Shown one piece after another: positions 49,158-60,821 of a stretch of 64,000 nucleotides of DNA. The first letter of the stretch is position 1. The number at the start of each line of letters is the position of its first letter. Source of the stretch: an uncultured Spirochaetota bacterium (GTDB taxonomy: Bacteria; Spirochaetota; Spirochaetia; SZUA-6; DRHE01); contig CAVUYS010000007.1 in assembly GCA_963745745.1 (NCBI GenBank), positions 29,956-93,955 of the forward strand, written 5' to 3'. A program made the translations under genes and the position numbers. The notes beneath the pieces are model-generated. The model was not told the origin of the DNA, searched no databases, and worked only from the letters and a program-made list of their open reading frames with translations.

Positions 49158-50455
49158 CTATTCGGCCAGGATGCGGTAGTAGCAGGAGCGCGGGTCGATG
49201 CCGGCAGCGGCGCGGATATCCTCCAGCGCCTGCCGGGCCCGGGCTTCGGGGGCCTCGTCCACCAGCACGTACAGGTCGGAGGGCAGGCTGCGGTCCTCCC
49301 ACTTCTGGTGCACGCTCTCGATGTTGATGCCGTTGTCCGCCAGGCGCGTGGTCACCGCCGCCCAGATGCCCGGGCGGTTGGCGGTGATGAAGTGGAAGAA
49401 GTAGCGGTGCTCCAGCCGGTCCCGGGGGAACAGCTCCAGCTTGCGGGCCGGGTCGAAGCGGGCCGTGTCCCGGCGCCCGGTCGCCTGGATGGCCAGCAGC
49501 AGGTCGCCCAGGTCGGAGGCCACCGAGGAGGCGGTGGGGTCCCCGCCGGCCCCCTTGCCGACGAAGACCGCCGGGCCCATGAAGTCGCTGCGGGTCATCA
49601 CCGCGTTCATCTCCCCGCGCACGACGGCCAGGGGGTGATCCTCGGGCACCAGGGCCGGAAAAACGGTGACCGCCGGCCGGCCCTCGTTCCAGCGGGCCGA
49701 GGCCAGCAGCTTGAACACGAAGCCGGCCGAGGAGGCGAACTCGATCTCCCCGGCGGTGATGCCGGTGATGCCCTCGACACAGCAGCTCCCGGTAGTCGAC
49801 CCAGCCGCCGAAGGCGAAGCTGGCGAGCAGGCTGATCTTCTGCGCCGCGTCTCCGCCGCCCACGTCCAGGGTGGGGTCGGCCTCGGCGAAGCCCGTCGCC
49901 TGCGCCTCGCGCCAGGGCCTCGGCGAAGCTCAGAGCCCTCCCGCTCATGCGGGTCAGGATGTAGTTGGAGGTGCCGTTCACGATCCCCAGGATCGAGGCC
50001 ACCCGGTTGGCCGACCAGGCTCTCGCGCAGCACCTTGACGATCGGGATGCCGCCGCACACGGAGGCCTCGAAGCAGCAGCTCCACGCCCCGTTCGCCGGG
50101 CCAGGGCGAACAGCTCGTCGCCGCGCAGCGCCGAGCAGGGCCTTGTTGGCCGTGATCACGTGCTTGCCCGCTTCGAGGGCGCCGCGGATCACCTCGTAGG
50201 CCACCCCCGTGCCGCCCACCAGCTCCACGATGACGGCGATGGACGGATCGTCGAGTGAGCGTCGCGGTAATCGGCGACCACCTTCTGGCCCGGGAAGGCG
50301 GCCTGGACCTTTCCGGGGTCCTTCTCCGCCACGGCCGTGATGCCGGCCGCCACGCCGAACTTGCTCTCGAAAAGCCCGCCGTTGGCCTGCATCAGGCGGT
50401 AGAAGGCCCCGCCCACCGTGCCGAAGCCCACCAGGCCGACGTTCACTCTTTCCAT
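49158..50455 (-). pseudogene. hom: homoserine dehydrogenase, several frame breaks in the first ~700 nt
   Basis: MERVNVGLVGFGTVGGAFYRLM (ATG 50455, frame of ORF 50189..50674) / DDPSIAVIVELVGGTGVAYEVIRGALEAGKHVITANKALL / FEASVCGGIPIVKVLRESLVG / ILGIVNGTSNYILTRM / intact C-terminal half with ACT domain (49158..). One resolved lesion is GCT[CA]CTCGAC at about 50255. Confidence 0.9.
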
Positions 50456-53400
50456 ACATCCTCCACCAGCGGGGAGGAGCGCACGAGGGCCAGGACGTCC
50501 TCGGCGGCGGCCAGGGCGAGCTGCGGCGAGGCCTTGATCACGATTTCCCCGCCTGCCCCGTCCCCCCGGATGTGGAAGATATACGGCACAATCCCCGGGC
50601 TTGCCTACCATGAGGTCGCGCAGGCGCAGGAACTCCTGCTCGTCGGCGGGGCTGCAGGCGAAGCGCACGTGCACCGCCCGGGGCGGGCGGGGGGCCAGGT
50701 CCTTCGGGGCGCAGGAGGCGCTCCACCTTCAGCTTCGGGTCCCCCCGGCTGCGGTCCACGCGGCCCACCGCGGCCACCACCCGGTCCACGGTCAGCAGGG
50801 CCCGGGACTTCTCGAACACGTCCGCGAACACCACCAGCTCGATGGAGCCGCGCAGGTCCTCCAGCACCGCGAAGGCCATGCGCCTGCCGTTCTTGGTGAC
50901 GATCTCCTTGACCTCTTTCAGCAGGCCGATCACGGTGAACAGGCGCTCCGTCGAGGCCTCGCCCAGCGCGCCCAGGTCCAGGTCGGCGCAGTCCTGGATC
51001 TGCTGGCGGTACTTGTCCAGCGGGTGGCCGGAGAAGTAGAAGCCCAGGTTCAGGCGTCTCGTGGTTCAGCGCCTCCAGCTGCGGCCACTCCGGCACCCGC
51101 TCCAGCTCCACCCGCAGGGCGGCCTCCTCGCCCCAGGGCGTCGAAGAGCACGGTCTGGCCGTAGCGGCGCGCCTCCCGGGAGCTGGCCACCGCCTCCAGC
51201 AGGCGGTCCAGGTTGTGGGCCAGGGTGGCCCGGTTCTCCCCCAGGGAGTCGAAGACCCCGCAGGCGACCAGGGTCTCCACCACCTTGCGGTTCACCACCT
51301 TCAGGTCCAGGCGCTCCAGGAAGTCCAGGAAGCCGGGGAACGGGCCCGCCCTCGGCCCGCTCGGCCAGGATCTGCTCCACGGCCGTGGTGCCCACGTTCT
51401 TGATGCCCAGCAGGCCGAAGACGATCCGGCCCTCCTGCACCGTGAAGTCGCGCTCCGAGAGGTTGATGTCCGGCGGCAGGACCTCCAGGCCCATGTCCCG
51501 CGCCTCGCCGATGTACTCGGCCAGCTTGTCGGTGGAGGCGATCTCGTTGGTCAGGTTGGCGGCCATGAACTCGGCCGGGTAGTTGGCCTTCAGGTAGGCG
51601 GTGTGGTAGGCGATCAGGCGTAGGCGGCGGCGTGCGACTTGTTGAAGCCGTAGCCGGCGAAGGGCACCAGCAGCTCGAAGATCTTCTCGGCCACCGCGTC
51701 CGGGTAGCCCTTGGCCGCGGCCCCCTCGACGAACTTCACCTTCTGCTTGGCCATCACCTCCGGCTTCTTCTTGCCCATGGCCCGCCGCAGGATGTCGGCC
51801 TGGCCCAGGGAGAAGCCGGCCACCTGGCGGGCGATCTCCATGACCTGCTCCTGGTAGACGATGACCCCGTAGGTCTCCTTCAGGATCGGCTCCAGCTCGG
51901 GCAGCGGGTAGCGGATCGGGGCGCGGCCGCGCTTGGCGTCCACGAACTGGTCGATGAACTCCATGGGCCCGGGACGGTACAGGGCGTTCAGGGCGATCAG
52001 GTCGACGATGCGTCTCGGGCTTGGCGCGCTTGAGCACGCTCCTGCATGCCCTGGCTCTCGAACTGGAACACGCCGGTGCTGCGCCCCTCGCCGAGCAGGC
52101 GGAAGGTGGCCGGGTCGTCCTCGGGGATGTCGTCGGGTCGACGGGCCACCCCCCGGGCCTCCAGCAGGCGCAGGGTCTCCTCGATCAGGGTCAGGGTCTT
52201 CAGGCCCAGGAAGTCCATCTTCACCAGGCCGCACTCCTCCAGGTAGTCCATGGTGTACTGGGTGGTGATGACCTGCCGGTCTTGGGGTCGCGGTACAGCG
52301 GCACGTAGCTGGTCAGCGCGTCGCGGCCGATCACGATGCCCGGCGGCGTGGGTGGAGGCGTGGCGGGCCAGGCCCTCCAGCTTCAGGCTGACCTCGAGGA
52401 GCTCGCTTGTAGACTTCGCCGCTCTCCGCGATCTTGGCCAGCTCGCGGCTCCAGCTCCATGCGCCTTGGTCAGGTCCATCTTCGGGCCCGACGGGGATCA
52501 GCTTGGCGATGCGGTCCGCCTCGGCGTAGGGCAGGTCCAGCACCCGGGCCACGTCGCGGATCACCGCCCGGGCCTTGAGCGTGCCGAAGGTGATGATCTG
52601 CCCGACCCGGTCCGCCCCGTACTTCTGCGGACGTAGTCGATGACCTCGCCGCGGCGCTCGAAGCAGAAGTCGATGTCGAAGTCCGGCAGGGACACCCGCT
52701 CCGGGTTGAGGAAGCGCTCGAACAGCAGCCCGTACTTCAGCGGATCGATGTCCGTGATCTGCAGGGCAGTAGGCCACCAGGGAGCCGGCCCCGGAGCCCC
52801 TGCCCGGCCCCACCGGGATGCCCCGCTCCCGGGCGAAGTGGATGAAGTCCCAGACGATCAGGAAGTAGCCGGTGAAGCCCATGGCGTTGATGACTTCCAG
52901 CTCGTAGTCCAGGCGCTGGCGGATCGCCGGGGTGGGCGGCGAGTAGCGCCGCTCCAGGCCCCGGCGGGCCAGCTCCGCCAGGTAGCTGGCTCAGGGTGTA
53001 GCCCTCCGGCACCTGGTAGTGCGGGAACAGCGGCCCGGGCAGGGGGATCTCCAGGCTCGCAGGGCTCGGCGATGCGCACGGTGTTCGCCAGGGCCTCGGC
53101 AGCTCGGCGAAGGCCCGCAGCCATCTCCTCCCCGCTCTTGAAGTAGAACTCGGGATAGGCGAACTTCAGGCGCTGGCCCTCGGTCACCTTCTTGTTCGTG
53201 CCGATGCAGAGCAGGATGTCCTGGGCGCGCGGCGTCCTCGCGCGTGGCGTAGTGCACGTCGTTGGTGGCGACCAGCGGGATGCCGGTGGAGCGGGAGATC
53301 TCGACCAGCCCCTGGTTGATCGTCGGCCTGCTCGGGGATGCCGTGGTTCTGCACCTCCAGGTAGAAGCCCTCCGGGCCGAAGAGCTCCCGGAAGAACAGG

Positions 53401-53880
53401 GCCCGGGCGCGGGCCTTCGTCGGTTTCGCCCCGCAGGATCAGGGAGGGGATCTCCCCTCCCATGCACCCGGACAGGGCCGTCAGGCCCTCGTGGCAGCGG
53501 GCCAGCAGCTCGTCGTCGATCCGCGGCTTGTAGTAGAAGCCTTCCGTGTAGGCCAGGGAGCAGAGCTTCAACAGGTTCCGGTACCCCGTGACGTCCCGGG
53601 CCAGCAGGCCCAGGTGGTGGTAGCGGCCCCCCTTCTCCCCGCCGGTCCGGTTGTGCCGGGAATCGGGGGCCACGTAGGCCTCGCAGCCGATGATCGGCTT
53701 GATCCCTTCCTTCAGGCACTCCTTGTAGAACCGCAGGGCCCCGAACATGTTGCCGTGGTCCGTGAGGGCCAGGGCCTTCATGCCGCAGGCCTTGGCCTGG
53801 GCCACCAGGTCCTCGACCGAGGCCGCCCCGTCCAGCAGGGAGAAATCCGAATGGGTATGCAGATGGACGAAATCGGGCAT
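50443..53880 (-). pseudogene. dnaE: DNA polymerase III subunit alpha, many frame breaks
   Basis: MPDFVHLHTHSDFSLLDGAASVEDLVAQAKACGMKALALTDHGNMFG (PHP domain, ATG 53880) / INQGLVEISRSTGIPLVATNDVHY / [37 protein letters not shown] / [10 protein letters not shown] / [18 protein letters not shown] / [13 protein letters not shown] / OB-fold MIGLLKEVKEIVTKNGRRMAFAVLEDLRGSIELVVF. Corrected tail ...LALVRSSPLVEDVWKE-TGA at 50443 overlaps hom by 13 nt. Confidence 0.93.
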
Positions 53881-53910
53881 AGGGGTGTGACCCGCTACTG
53901 CGGTACGAGG

Positions 53911-54947
53911 CTATGGTACTCCAACAACGCCTGCCGCGGCAATTGCAGGAGCCATCAGACGGCCCTGCCCCCGGAACCAGGCTACCGTGTCCGCCAGGGC
54001 GCCGTGCTCGGCGAGCTCGCCCAGACCCAGGGCCTCCTTCAGCCGCAGGTTGCTCTGCACCCAGCGGCCGGCCATGAACTCCCGCACCTTGTCCGCCGTG
54101 GCGGCGGGGTTGCCGCCGGCCAGGCGGCGGACCACCGCCAGCGCCGGCCATGGCCAGGTAGCCGGTCCACCGGGGCAGGGGCAGGGTCTGCAGGCGCGGG
54201 GGCAGCCCCAGCAGCCGGCGCACCGCCAGGAAGTACTCGCCCAGCGCGCACCGGCCGGTCGTATCCCGCGTTGAAGACGCCCCCGTACAGCCGCTCGTTG
54301 AGGATCATCCGCGGCAGCAGCGGCGCCAGGTCCTGGGCGAAGATGTAGGAGAGCACCGCCTCCCGGCCGCCGATCACGGGCAGCAGGCCGCCGCGGGCCG
54401 TCTTCAGGATGTTCAGGCCGTCCGGGTCGTACCGCCCCCACACCGCCGGCAGCCTCAGGATCGTCCAGGGCAGCGGCGCCTGGCGCAGCACCTGCTCGGC
54501 GGCCAGCTTGCTGGCCCCGTAGTGCGAGATCGGCCGGCAGGGGCTGTCCTCGTCCGTGGCTTCCTGCCCCTCCGGCACGGGGCCCACGGCGGTCTGGGAG
54601 GAGGCGAACAGCAGGTGGCGCACTCCCGGCCCGTGACGGGCCAGCGCCTCCAGCAGCACCGCCATGCCGTCCCGGTTGGCGCGGTAGAAGGCGCGCGGGT
54701 CCGAGGACCGCGCCAACCCGGCCAGGTGCACGACCGCATCCAGGTCCTCCAGGGTCCCCCGGAAGCTGCCCGGGTCGGCGAAATCGATCCTCCGGCAGGG
54801 GATGCCTTGCAGGAAATCCGCCGGCCGCGACTGCCGGCTGAGGGCCACCAGCTCCAGGCTCCCGGCCGCCTCAGGGGCGTCCCGGAACCAGTCGAGGAAA
54901 TTCCTGCCGATCATGCCGGTCAGGCCGGTGATCCCCACGCGAGCCAT
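53911..54947 (-). pseudogene. NAD-dependent epimerase/dehydratase (extended SDR) family protein, two frame breaks (about 54240, 54140)
   Basis: MARVGITGLTGMIGRNF (GxxGxxG), ...SHYGASKLAAE (YxxxK) in ORF 54039..54983. Continues as EYFLAVRRLLGLPPRLQTLPLPRWTGYLAMAG (52991..54223 frame), then VVRRLAGGNPAATADKVREFMAGRWVQSNLRLKEALG (53911..54441). Confidence 0.8.
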
Positions 54948-54953
54948 GGGCCT

Positions 54954-54983
54954 GTTATACGATGCCCGGTCGGCAGCGCGCAA
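54954..54983 (-). promoter_or_regulatory. possible promoter abutting the SDR gene start (leaderless candidate)
   Basis: Minus strand TTGCGC (54983-54978), 18 nt, TATAAC (54959-54954). Only 6 nt (AGGCCC) before ATG 54947. Confidence 0.35.
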
Positions 54984-55027
54984 GCGGCGGGCGGCAAGCC
55001 GGGGCCGCTCCCGCGGCCCGCCGGCGA

Positions 55028-55056
55028 CTGTCAGGCCGCCCGGATTGCGCTATACT
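55028..55056 (+). promoter_or_regulatory. possible promoter for the plus-strand exported-protein/GNAT pair
   Basis: CTGTCA (55028-55033), 17 nt, TATACT (55051-55056). AAAGGGGGA SD, then GTG 55074. Confidence 0.4.
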
Positions 55057-55073
55057 CGGCCAAAGGGGGAAAC

Positions 55074-56669
55074 GTGAACCGAAGCTGGATCGCCGCCCTC
55101 GCCCTGGGCCTCGCGGCGCTGGGGGCGCCGGCCTGGGGACAGGGGGACGCAGGGCAGGCCACGCCGGTAGCGCCGGAAGCTCCTCTGCAGTGGAGCTTCG
55201 GCGGTGAGGCGACCCTGCGGCCGGACCGCCTGAGCGAGGAGGCCGGGCTGTACGACCGGCTCAACTCCTCCCTCCTCTACCGGTACCGTTTCTTCGAGGC
55301 GGTGGTGGACTTCTCCCTGGCCCGCGACGAGCGCTACGTGCCCGACGAGAAGTACATGCTCGGGCGCGCCTTCTACCTGGACCGCGGCGGCCTGCTTTTG
55401 GACTTCGACTTCCTCACCTTCACCGCCGGCCGCTTCGCCCACCGCGACATCGTGGAGGGCCCGTACTCCGTGTTCATTTCCGCCGCGGACCCGTGGGGCT
55501 CCGGCTGGGCGCACCGGACTGCCGGCCATGCTGGCCGACCTGAGCGTCAAGGGAGGCCGCTTCACGTACGAGAGCCGCTGGATCCGGCTGAACTCCAACG
55601 CCCTCCAGCCGATACGGGCGGGCGACCTGACCAGCGCCTACCCTGACCGGGGCGCCAACTACAAGGTGTTCGCCGTGGAGCTGGGCCACTGGCGCTTCGG
55701 GCTGCAGGACACCGCCGTGTACTACGGCCGCGAGTTCGACGCGGAGTACTTCCTGAGCCCCATCCCCAGCATCCTCACCCAGATGGTCACCAAGCGCGAC
55801 TCCACCCCCTGGCAGGAGGACGCCAACGACAACAGCATCCTGGGCCTGTTCGCCGAGTGGCGGCCGCCCTGGGGCTACCTGTACGCCCAGTGGCTGGTGG
55901 ACGACATCAGCCTGAACTTCCTGATCCCCTGGTTCCTGCGGGACACGTTCGGCAATCCCACCGTCGCCAACAAGTGGGCCTGGTCCGTGGGCGGGCACTG
56001 GGACCTGCCCTTCGGGCGCCTGGGCTTCTACCACGCCGGGGCCACGAAGTACACCTTCGCGGCCACCGAGGACGACAAGCCCTACGGCTACACCTACTAC
56101 CCGGCGGTGGAGTACAGCCTGGACGACACGATGACGGACTTCGAGGCGGTCCTGGACCCGCAGGACAACTACCTCGGGTACAAGTACGGGGAGAACAATC
56201 TGGCCTTCCGCCTGGAGCTCTCCCATCTGCCGCATCCGGTGCTGGGCGCGGACTTCCAGGCGGCCCTGGAGTACGTGCTGTCCGGGAGCAAGTCCCCGGC
56301 CAATCCCTGGCACGGCGAACCGCGACCCCGACGAGACCCGCATGTTCGACGACCCGGTGCTGGAGCACACGGTGATCGGGGAGGCCAGCGCGGCCTGGCC
56401 CTGGCGGGGTTGGACCTTCTACTCGCGGCTGCGCCTGGGAGGGGTGTTCAACCGCCTGGCGCTGGAGCCGGCGGCCAGATGCGCCGATGCCCCAGATCTA
56501 CCGCCCCCAGGCCGGGGAGAATGCCTTCCTGTACGCCTGGACCGTGGGCTTCACCTGGCGCACGGGCTGGCGCCGGTCCGCGCCCGGCGCGAAGTTGCAA
56601 GCCGCGGCCAAACATGGTATTACAGAAAAATCTCGCGTGCGGCCGGGCCAGGCGGAGGTTGGTTCATGA
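55074..56669 (+). pseudogene. exported aromatic-rich, beta-barrel-like protein of unknown function, three frame breaks (about 55500, 56330, 56485)
   Basis: GTG 55074: VNRSWIAALALGLAALGAPAWG|QGD (signal peptide). Pieces in ORFs 54522..55646, 55528..56895, 56342..57826 and 56487..56669 are rich in alternating Y/W/F/G/D segments (YKVFAVELGHWRFGLQDTAVYYGREF, WAWSVGGHWDLPFGRLGFYHAG, NAFLYAWTVGFTWRTGW). TGA overlaps the next ATG (ATGA). Confidence 0.6.
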
Positions 56670-57788
56670 GCGTTTCCATACGCGAAGTCCAGGGAAAAAA
56701 GGACCTCGCCAGGTTCATCCGCTTCCCCTTCAGCCTGTACCGGGGCAGCCCCTACTGGATCCCGCCGCTGCTGTTCGACGAGCGCAACACCCTGGATCCC
56801 GCCAAGAACCCAGCCTACGAGCATTGCCGCGTACGGCTGCTGCTGGCCGAGGAGGACGGGCGCCTGGTGGGGCGGATCGCGGCGATCATCAATGAGAAAT
56901 ACATCCAGAAGTGGGGCAACAAGTACTGCCGCTTCGGCTGGCTGGATTTCGTCGACGATCCGCGGGTCTCCTGCCGCGCTGCTGGGCGCGGTGGAGAGCT
57001 GGGCGCGGGAGAACGGCCTGGAGGCGGTGCACGGCCCCATGGGCTTCACCGACCTGGACCGGGAAGGCATGCTGATCGAGGGCTTCGAGGAGCTGGGCAC
57101 CTACTCCACCTACTACAACCACCCCTACTACCCCAGGCACCTGGAGGCATTGGGCTACACCAAGGACGCGGACTGGATCGAGTTCTACATCAAGGCCCCC
57201 AAGGAGATCCCCGAGAAGGTCGTGCGCATCCAGGAGCTGGTCCTGAAGCGCAGCGGCCTGAAGCTGGTGCCGCCGAAGCTCAAAACCCTGGTCACCTACG
57301 CCCAGAAGATCTTCTCCATGATCAACGAAGCCTACGCGGGACTGTACGGCGTGGTGGAGCTGACCCCCAAGCAGATCGACATGTACGTGAAGCAGTTCTT
57401 CAGCTTCCTGCACCCGGACTTCACCAAGGTGGTCATCGACGACAAGGACCAGGTGGTGGCTTTCGGCCTGGCCATCCCCTCCATTTCGCGGGCGCTGCAG
57501 CGCTGCCGGGGACGCCTCCTGCCCTTCGGCATCCTGCACCTGCTGTGGGCCATGAAGCATCCCCGGGTGATCGACATGATGCTGGTGGCGGTGAAGCCGG
57601 AGTTCCAGGCCCGGGGCCTGCCGGCCATCCTGATGTCCGAGATCACCCTCAACTGCCTGCGCCTGGGGGTGCTCGGCGCGGAAACCAACCCGGAGCTGGA
57701 GAGCAACACCCAGGTCCAGGCGATCTGGAAGCACTACGACGCGCGCCAGCACAAGCGCCGGCGCTGCTTCATCAAACGCCTGGTTTAG
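56666..57788 (+). pseudogene. GNAT-fold acyltransferase-like protein (~370 aa family, substrate unknown), one 1-nt insertion near 56970
   Basis: MSVSIREVQGKKDLARFIRFPFSLYRGSPYWIPPLLFDERNTLDPAKNPAYEHC...GRIAAIINEKYIQKWGNKYCRFGWLDFVDDPRVS (frame of 56342..57826), then AALLGAVESWARENGLEAVHGPMGFTDLDREGMLIEGF...VAVKPEFQARGLPAILM (56892..57788). 1123 nt = 3n+1. Confidence 0.65.
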
Positions 57789-58476
57789 GGAAGAACAGCC
57801 CGCGGGCCTCGACTTCCAGCTCGTAGATCCGGTCCAGCACCCTCGTGGCAATGCGCTGGTACTCCTCCAGGCCCGGGTCCCGGTCGAAGTACTCGGCCAT
57901 CGAGAGCGGCCTGCCGAAGACCACCCCGTAAGGGGCGCGGAAGCGGGGGAAATAGGAATCCACGGTGTACAGCCGGCCTTCTTCCTTATAATCGACCTTG
58001 CGCAGGATGATGTCCCGCTCGTCGATCCAGGCCCCCACCGGGATGACCATGGCCCTGCCGGCCACCGCCAGCCGGGCCACCCCCCGCCGGGCCCGCACGC
58101 GCTGGCCGGAGGCGGTGCGCTCCCCCTCGGGGGCGATGAGCACCGAATCCCCGCGACCCAGCATGAACAGGGCGTCCTCGATGGAGCGGGCCGACTTCTC
58201 CCCCCGGTACAGCACGATCTGGTTGGCCAGGGTGAAGATCAGGCGGGGCAGGAAGAAGGACCAGATCTGCTCCTCCACCAGGGTGCGCACGAAATCCGTG
58301 CGCACGAAGCTCAGGATGGGGAAGGCGTCCCAGACCGTCGGGTGGTTCACGGCGAACACCTTGGGACCCGGCGGCAGCGGTTCCTGGAAGTGGACGCGGA
58401 TGTCCAGGGTGAAACGCAGGAAGCTCCGCAGGGCCCAGCGGAAAACCCGGGCATAGAAGGCCGGATACAGCTTCAT
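57772..58476 (-). CDS. lysophospholipid (1-acyl-sn-glycerol-3-phosphate-type, PlsC family) acyltransferase
   Basis: From ATG 58476: MKLYPAFYARVF...FAVNHPTVWDAFPI (HX4D motif)...LIAPEGERT. ATGA overlap with the MMPL stop. Confidence 0.8.
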   Translation of the reverse strand: MKLYPAFYARVFRWALRSFLRFTLDIRVHFQEPLPPGPKVFAVNHPTVWDAFPILSFVRTDFVRTLVEEQIWSFFLPRLIFTLANQIVLYRGEKSARSIEDALFMLGRGDSVLIAPEGERTASGQRVRARRGVARLAVAGRAMVIPVGAWIDERDIILRKVDYKEEGRLYTVDSYFPRFRAPYGVVFGRPLSMAEYFDRDPGLEEYQRIATRVLDRIYELEVEARGLFFPKPGV

Positions 58477-60782
58477 GGCCGTCTGCTCCCGGTCAAACGC
58501 CGGGCGGGCAGCAGCCCCAGCAGGGCCGGCAGAACGATCAGGGTGCTGGCGCAGGTGGCCGCCAGCGTGAACACCACCAGCAGGCCGAAATACACGATGG
58601 GGCGGAAGCTGGCCAGGACCAGGACCAGCAGCCCCGCCACGATCGAGAGGGAGGTCAGAAAGATCGGCCGGCCGGTTTCCAGCAGGGTCGCCGTCACCGC
58701 CCGGCGGGGGTTCCCCGGCAGGCGCTCCAGGCGCTGCCGGTAGGACAGGATGAAATGGATGGCGTCGTCCACGCCCATGCCGACGGCCACGCTGGAGACC
58801 ATGATGGTGGTCATGTCCAGCGGGATGCGGGCCACGGCCATGAGCAGGAAGTTCAGCGCCATCCCCGTCACCAGGGGCACGATGGCCAGCAGGCCGTAGC
58901 GCAGGGAGCGGAAGGACAGCACCGCCACCCCCAGCACCAGGAGCACCGACAGGCCGAAAGAGCGCACCAGGTTGGCCCGCAGCAGATCCGACAGCGACAG
59001 GTACTGCAGGCCCATGCCCCATAGCTCGCTCCCCGCCCCCGCGGGCAGGCCGGAAGCGATGATCGGCTTCATCTCCGCCAGCAGGTCGCGCAGGCCCTGC
59101 TCGTTGATGAAGCGGCTCGTGCGGCTGTTGTAGATCCGGAAGGAAAGGGTCAGCCGCGAGAAGTCCTCATTGGCCAAGCCGGCCAGGGGGTTGGCCCCAT
59201 CCTCCGCGGCCAGGGCGCGCACCATTCGCGACAAGAGCAGGATGGGCGCCCGGGTCTCGGGGATGCGGTCCTCGCCCGCGGCCACCTGGTTCAAGAAGCG
59301 CACGTAGGAGGCGAAGGAGACCGCGTAGCAGATGTCGGGGATCGCGGCCAGCTCCTTTTCCATCGCGTCCACCCGGGAGAGCACCTCCGGGCGCAGGAAG
59401 TAGCCCTCCTCCCCCTGCGGCGCCAGGAGGCTCAGGTTCAGCTCGTCGAAGCCGCCCAGCTTGCCGGTGAGAAAGTACATGTCGCGCACCACGCGGTCCC
59501 CCTGGGGGAAGTAGCCGATGGTGTCGGTGTCCGTCCGGAGGTAGGGCAGGCAGAGGGCGAAGCCCAGGGCGGCGGCCGCCAGCGCGCCCAGGATGGGCCA
59601 GGGGCGCCGCACCACGAACCTGGACAGGCGCAGGAGCATCGCCGACAGGAACCCCGCCCTTACCCTGCGGGCCTGACGCCGCCCCGGAGGGGCAAGCCGG
59701 CTCAGGACGGCGGGGAAGAAGAACAGGGCCAGCAGGGCGCAGGAAACCGTGCCGAAGCTGGTCACCACCGCGAACTCGCGCACCTGGCGGATGTCCGTGA
59801 TCACCAGGCTGGCGAAGCCGATGACCGAGATCAACGAGGCCCAGAGGATGGTGCCGCTCACCTCCTCCAGCGCTCCCACCAGCCAGTCCCCGCCCCGCCC
59901 CGGCGGGCCGCGATAGTACCGGTTCAGGATGTGGATCCCGTAGGAGCTGCCCACCGTGAGCAGAAGCGGCGGAGTGACCACGTTCAGCAGGGTGAGGCTG
60001 AAGCCCAGGACCGACATCAGCCCCAGGCTCCAGACCGTGCCCACCAGCACGACCAGCGCGGGCAGGAGCACCCCCCGCAGGGTGCGGTAGGCCAGGTAGT
60101 AGAACAGCAGGATGAGCCCCGCCCCCGCGCCGAACAGCACCAGCAGGTCCCGGGACAGGTAGACCCCGGTGCGCTCCACGAAGGGGATGGAGCCGCTGAG
60201 GTAGCAGCGGTAGTGCCGCTCCAGCGGGGCGGTGATCTGCCGGACCCGGCCCATGAGCGAAGCGAAGTCCTTGATGGGCGCGGCGGGGAAGAAAGCCGCC
60301 AGCACGGTGAGGTCCCGCGAAACCACCAGGTTCGCGGCGTACGGCGTGGCGGCCAGGCGCCTGCGGAAGCTCTCCAGCTCCGCCGGGTCGCGCGGGGCCC
60401 TGCGCTCGGCGGACATCGGCACCGCGGCCAGGCGGGTGGCTCTTTTTTCGAAGGTGACCAGGTTGAAGGGGGTGATGCCCGGCTCCAGCTCCGGCAGCTC
60501 CGCCAGCCTGTCCAGCGCCTCCCCGAAGGCGGCCAGCCCGGCGAGCTGGAAAGGCTCGGGGCTGTGGACGGCCACCACCAGGTACTCCCCGGACAGTCCG
60601 CCCTGGCGGTAGCGGTTCATGAGCTGTCGCACGGCCTGGTTCTCCGGGATGAGACTCTCCACGTCCGGGTTCACCCGCAGCCCGGAGGCCAGCCAGCCGA
60701 AGGCCAGCGTCGCCAGGGCGGTGGCGATGATGACCAGAAGCCAGTGGCGGCAGGAGAACTGCAGGATCCGGCGGATCAACAC
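58473..60782 (-). CDS. MMPL / RND-superfamily membrane exporter
   Basis: 769-aa intact ORF with two 5-6-helix bundles, each preceded by a large loop (two-fold RND/SSD-type architecture: ...LLLTVGSSYGIHILNRY... and ...MVSSVAVGMGVDDAIHFILSY...). GTG start. Confidence 0.8.
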   Translation of the reverse strand: MLIRRILQFSCRHWLLVIIATALATLAFGWLASGLRVNPDVESLIPENQAVRQLMNRYRQGGLSGEYLVVAVHSPEPFQLAGLAAFGEALDRLAELPELEPGITPFNLVTFEKRATRLAAVPMSAERRAPRDPAELESFRRRLAATPYAANLVVSRDLTVLAAFFPAAPIKDFASLMGRVRQITAPLERHYRCYLSGSIPFVERTGVYLSRDLLVLFGAGAGLILLFYYLAYRTLRGVLLPALVVLVGTVWSLGLMSVLGFSLTLLNVVTPPLLLTVGSSYGIHILNRYYRGPPGRGGDWLVGALEEVSGTILWASLISVIGFASLVITDIRQVREFAVVTSFGTVSCALLALFFFPAVLSRLAPPGRRQARRVRAGFLSAMLLRLSRFVVRRPWPILGALAAAALGFALCLPYLRTDTDTIGYFPQGDRVVRDMYFLTGKLGGFDELNLSLLAPQGEEGYFLRPEVLSRVDAMEKELAAIPDICYAVSFASYVRFLNQVAAGEDRIPETRAPILLLSRMVRALAAEDGANPLAGLANEDFSRLTLSFRIYNSRTSRFINEQGLRDLLAEMKPIIASGLPAGAGSELWGMGLQYLSLSDLLRANLVRSFGLSVLLVLGVAVLSFRSLRYGLLAIVPLVTGMALNFLLMAVARIPLDMTTIMVSSVAVGMGVDDAIHFILSYRQRLERLPGNPRRAVTATLLETGRPIFLTSLSIVAGLLVLVLASFRPIVYFGLLVVFTLAATCASTLIVLPALLGLLPARRLTGSRRP

Positions 60783-60791
60783 GGCGGCTCA

Positions 60792-60821
60792 AACCTAATC
60801 GCCGCGCCCGGGCGGTGTCAA
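60792..60821 (-). promoter_or_regulatory. sigma70-like promoter abutting the MMPL gene start (leaderless candidate)
   Basis: Minus strand TTGACA (60821-60816), 18 nt, TAGGTT (60797-60792), then 9 nt (TGAGCCGCC, no SD) to GTG 60782. The -35 hexamer contains the TGA stop of the upstream FAD-subunit gene. Confidence 0.4.
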
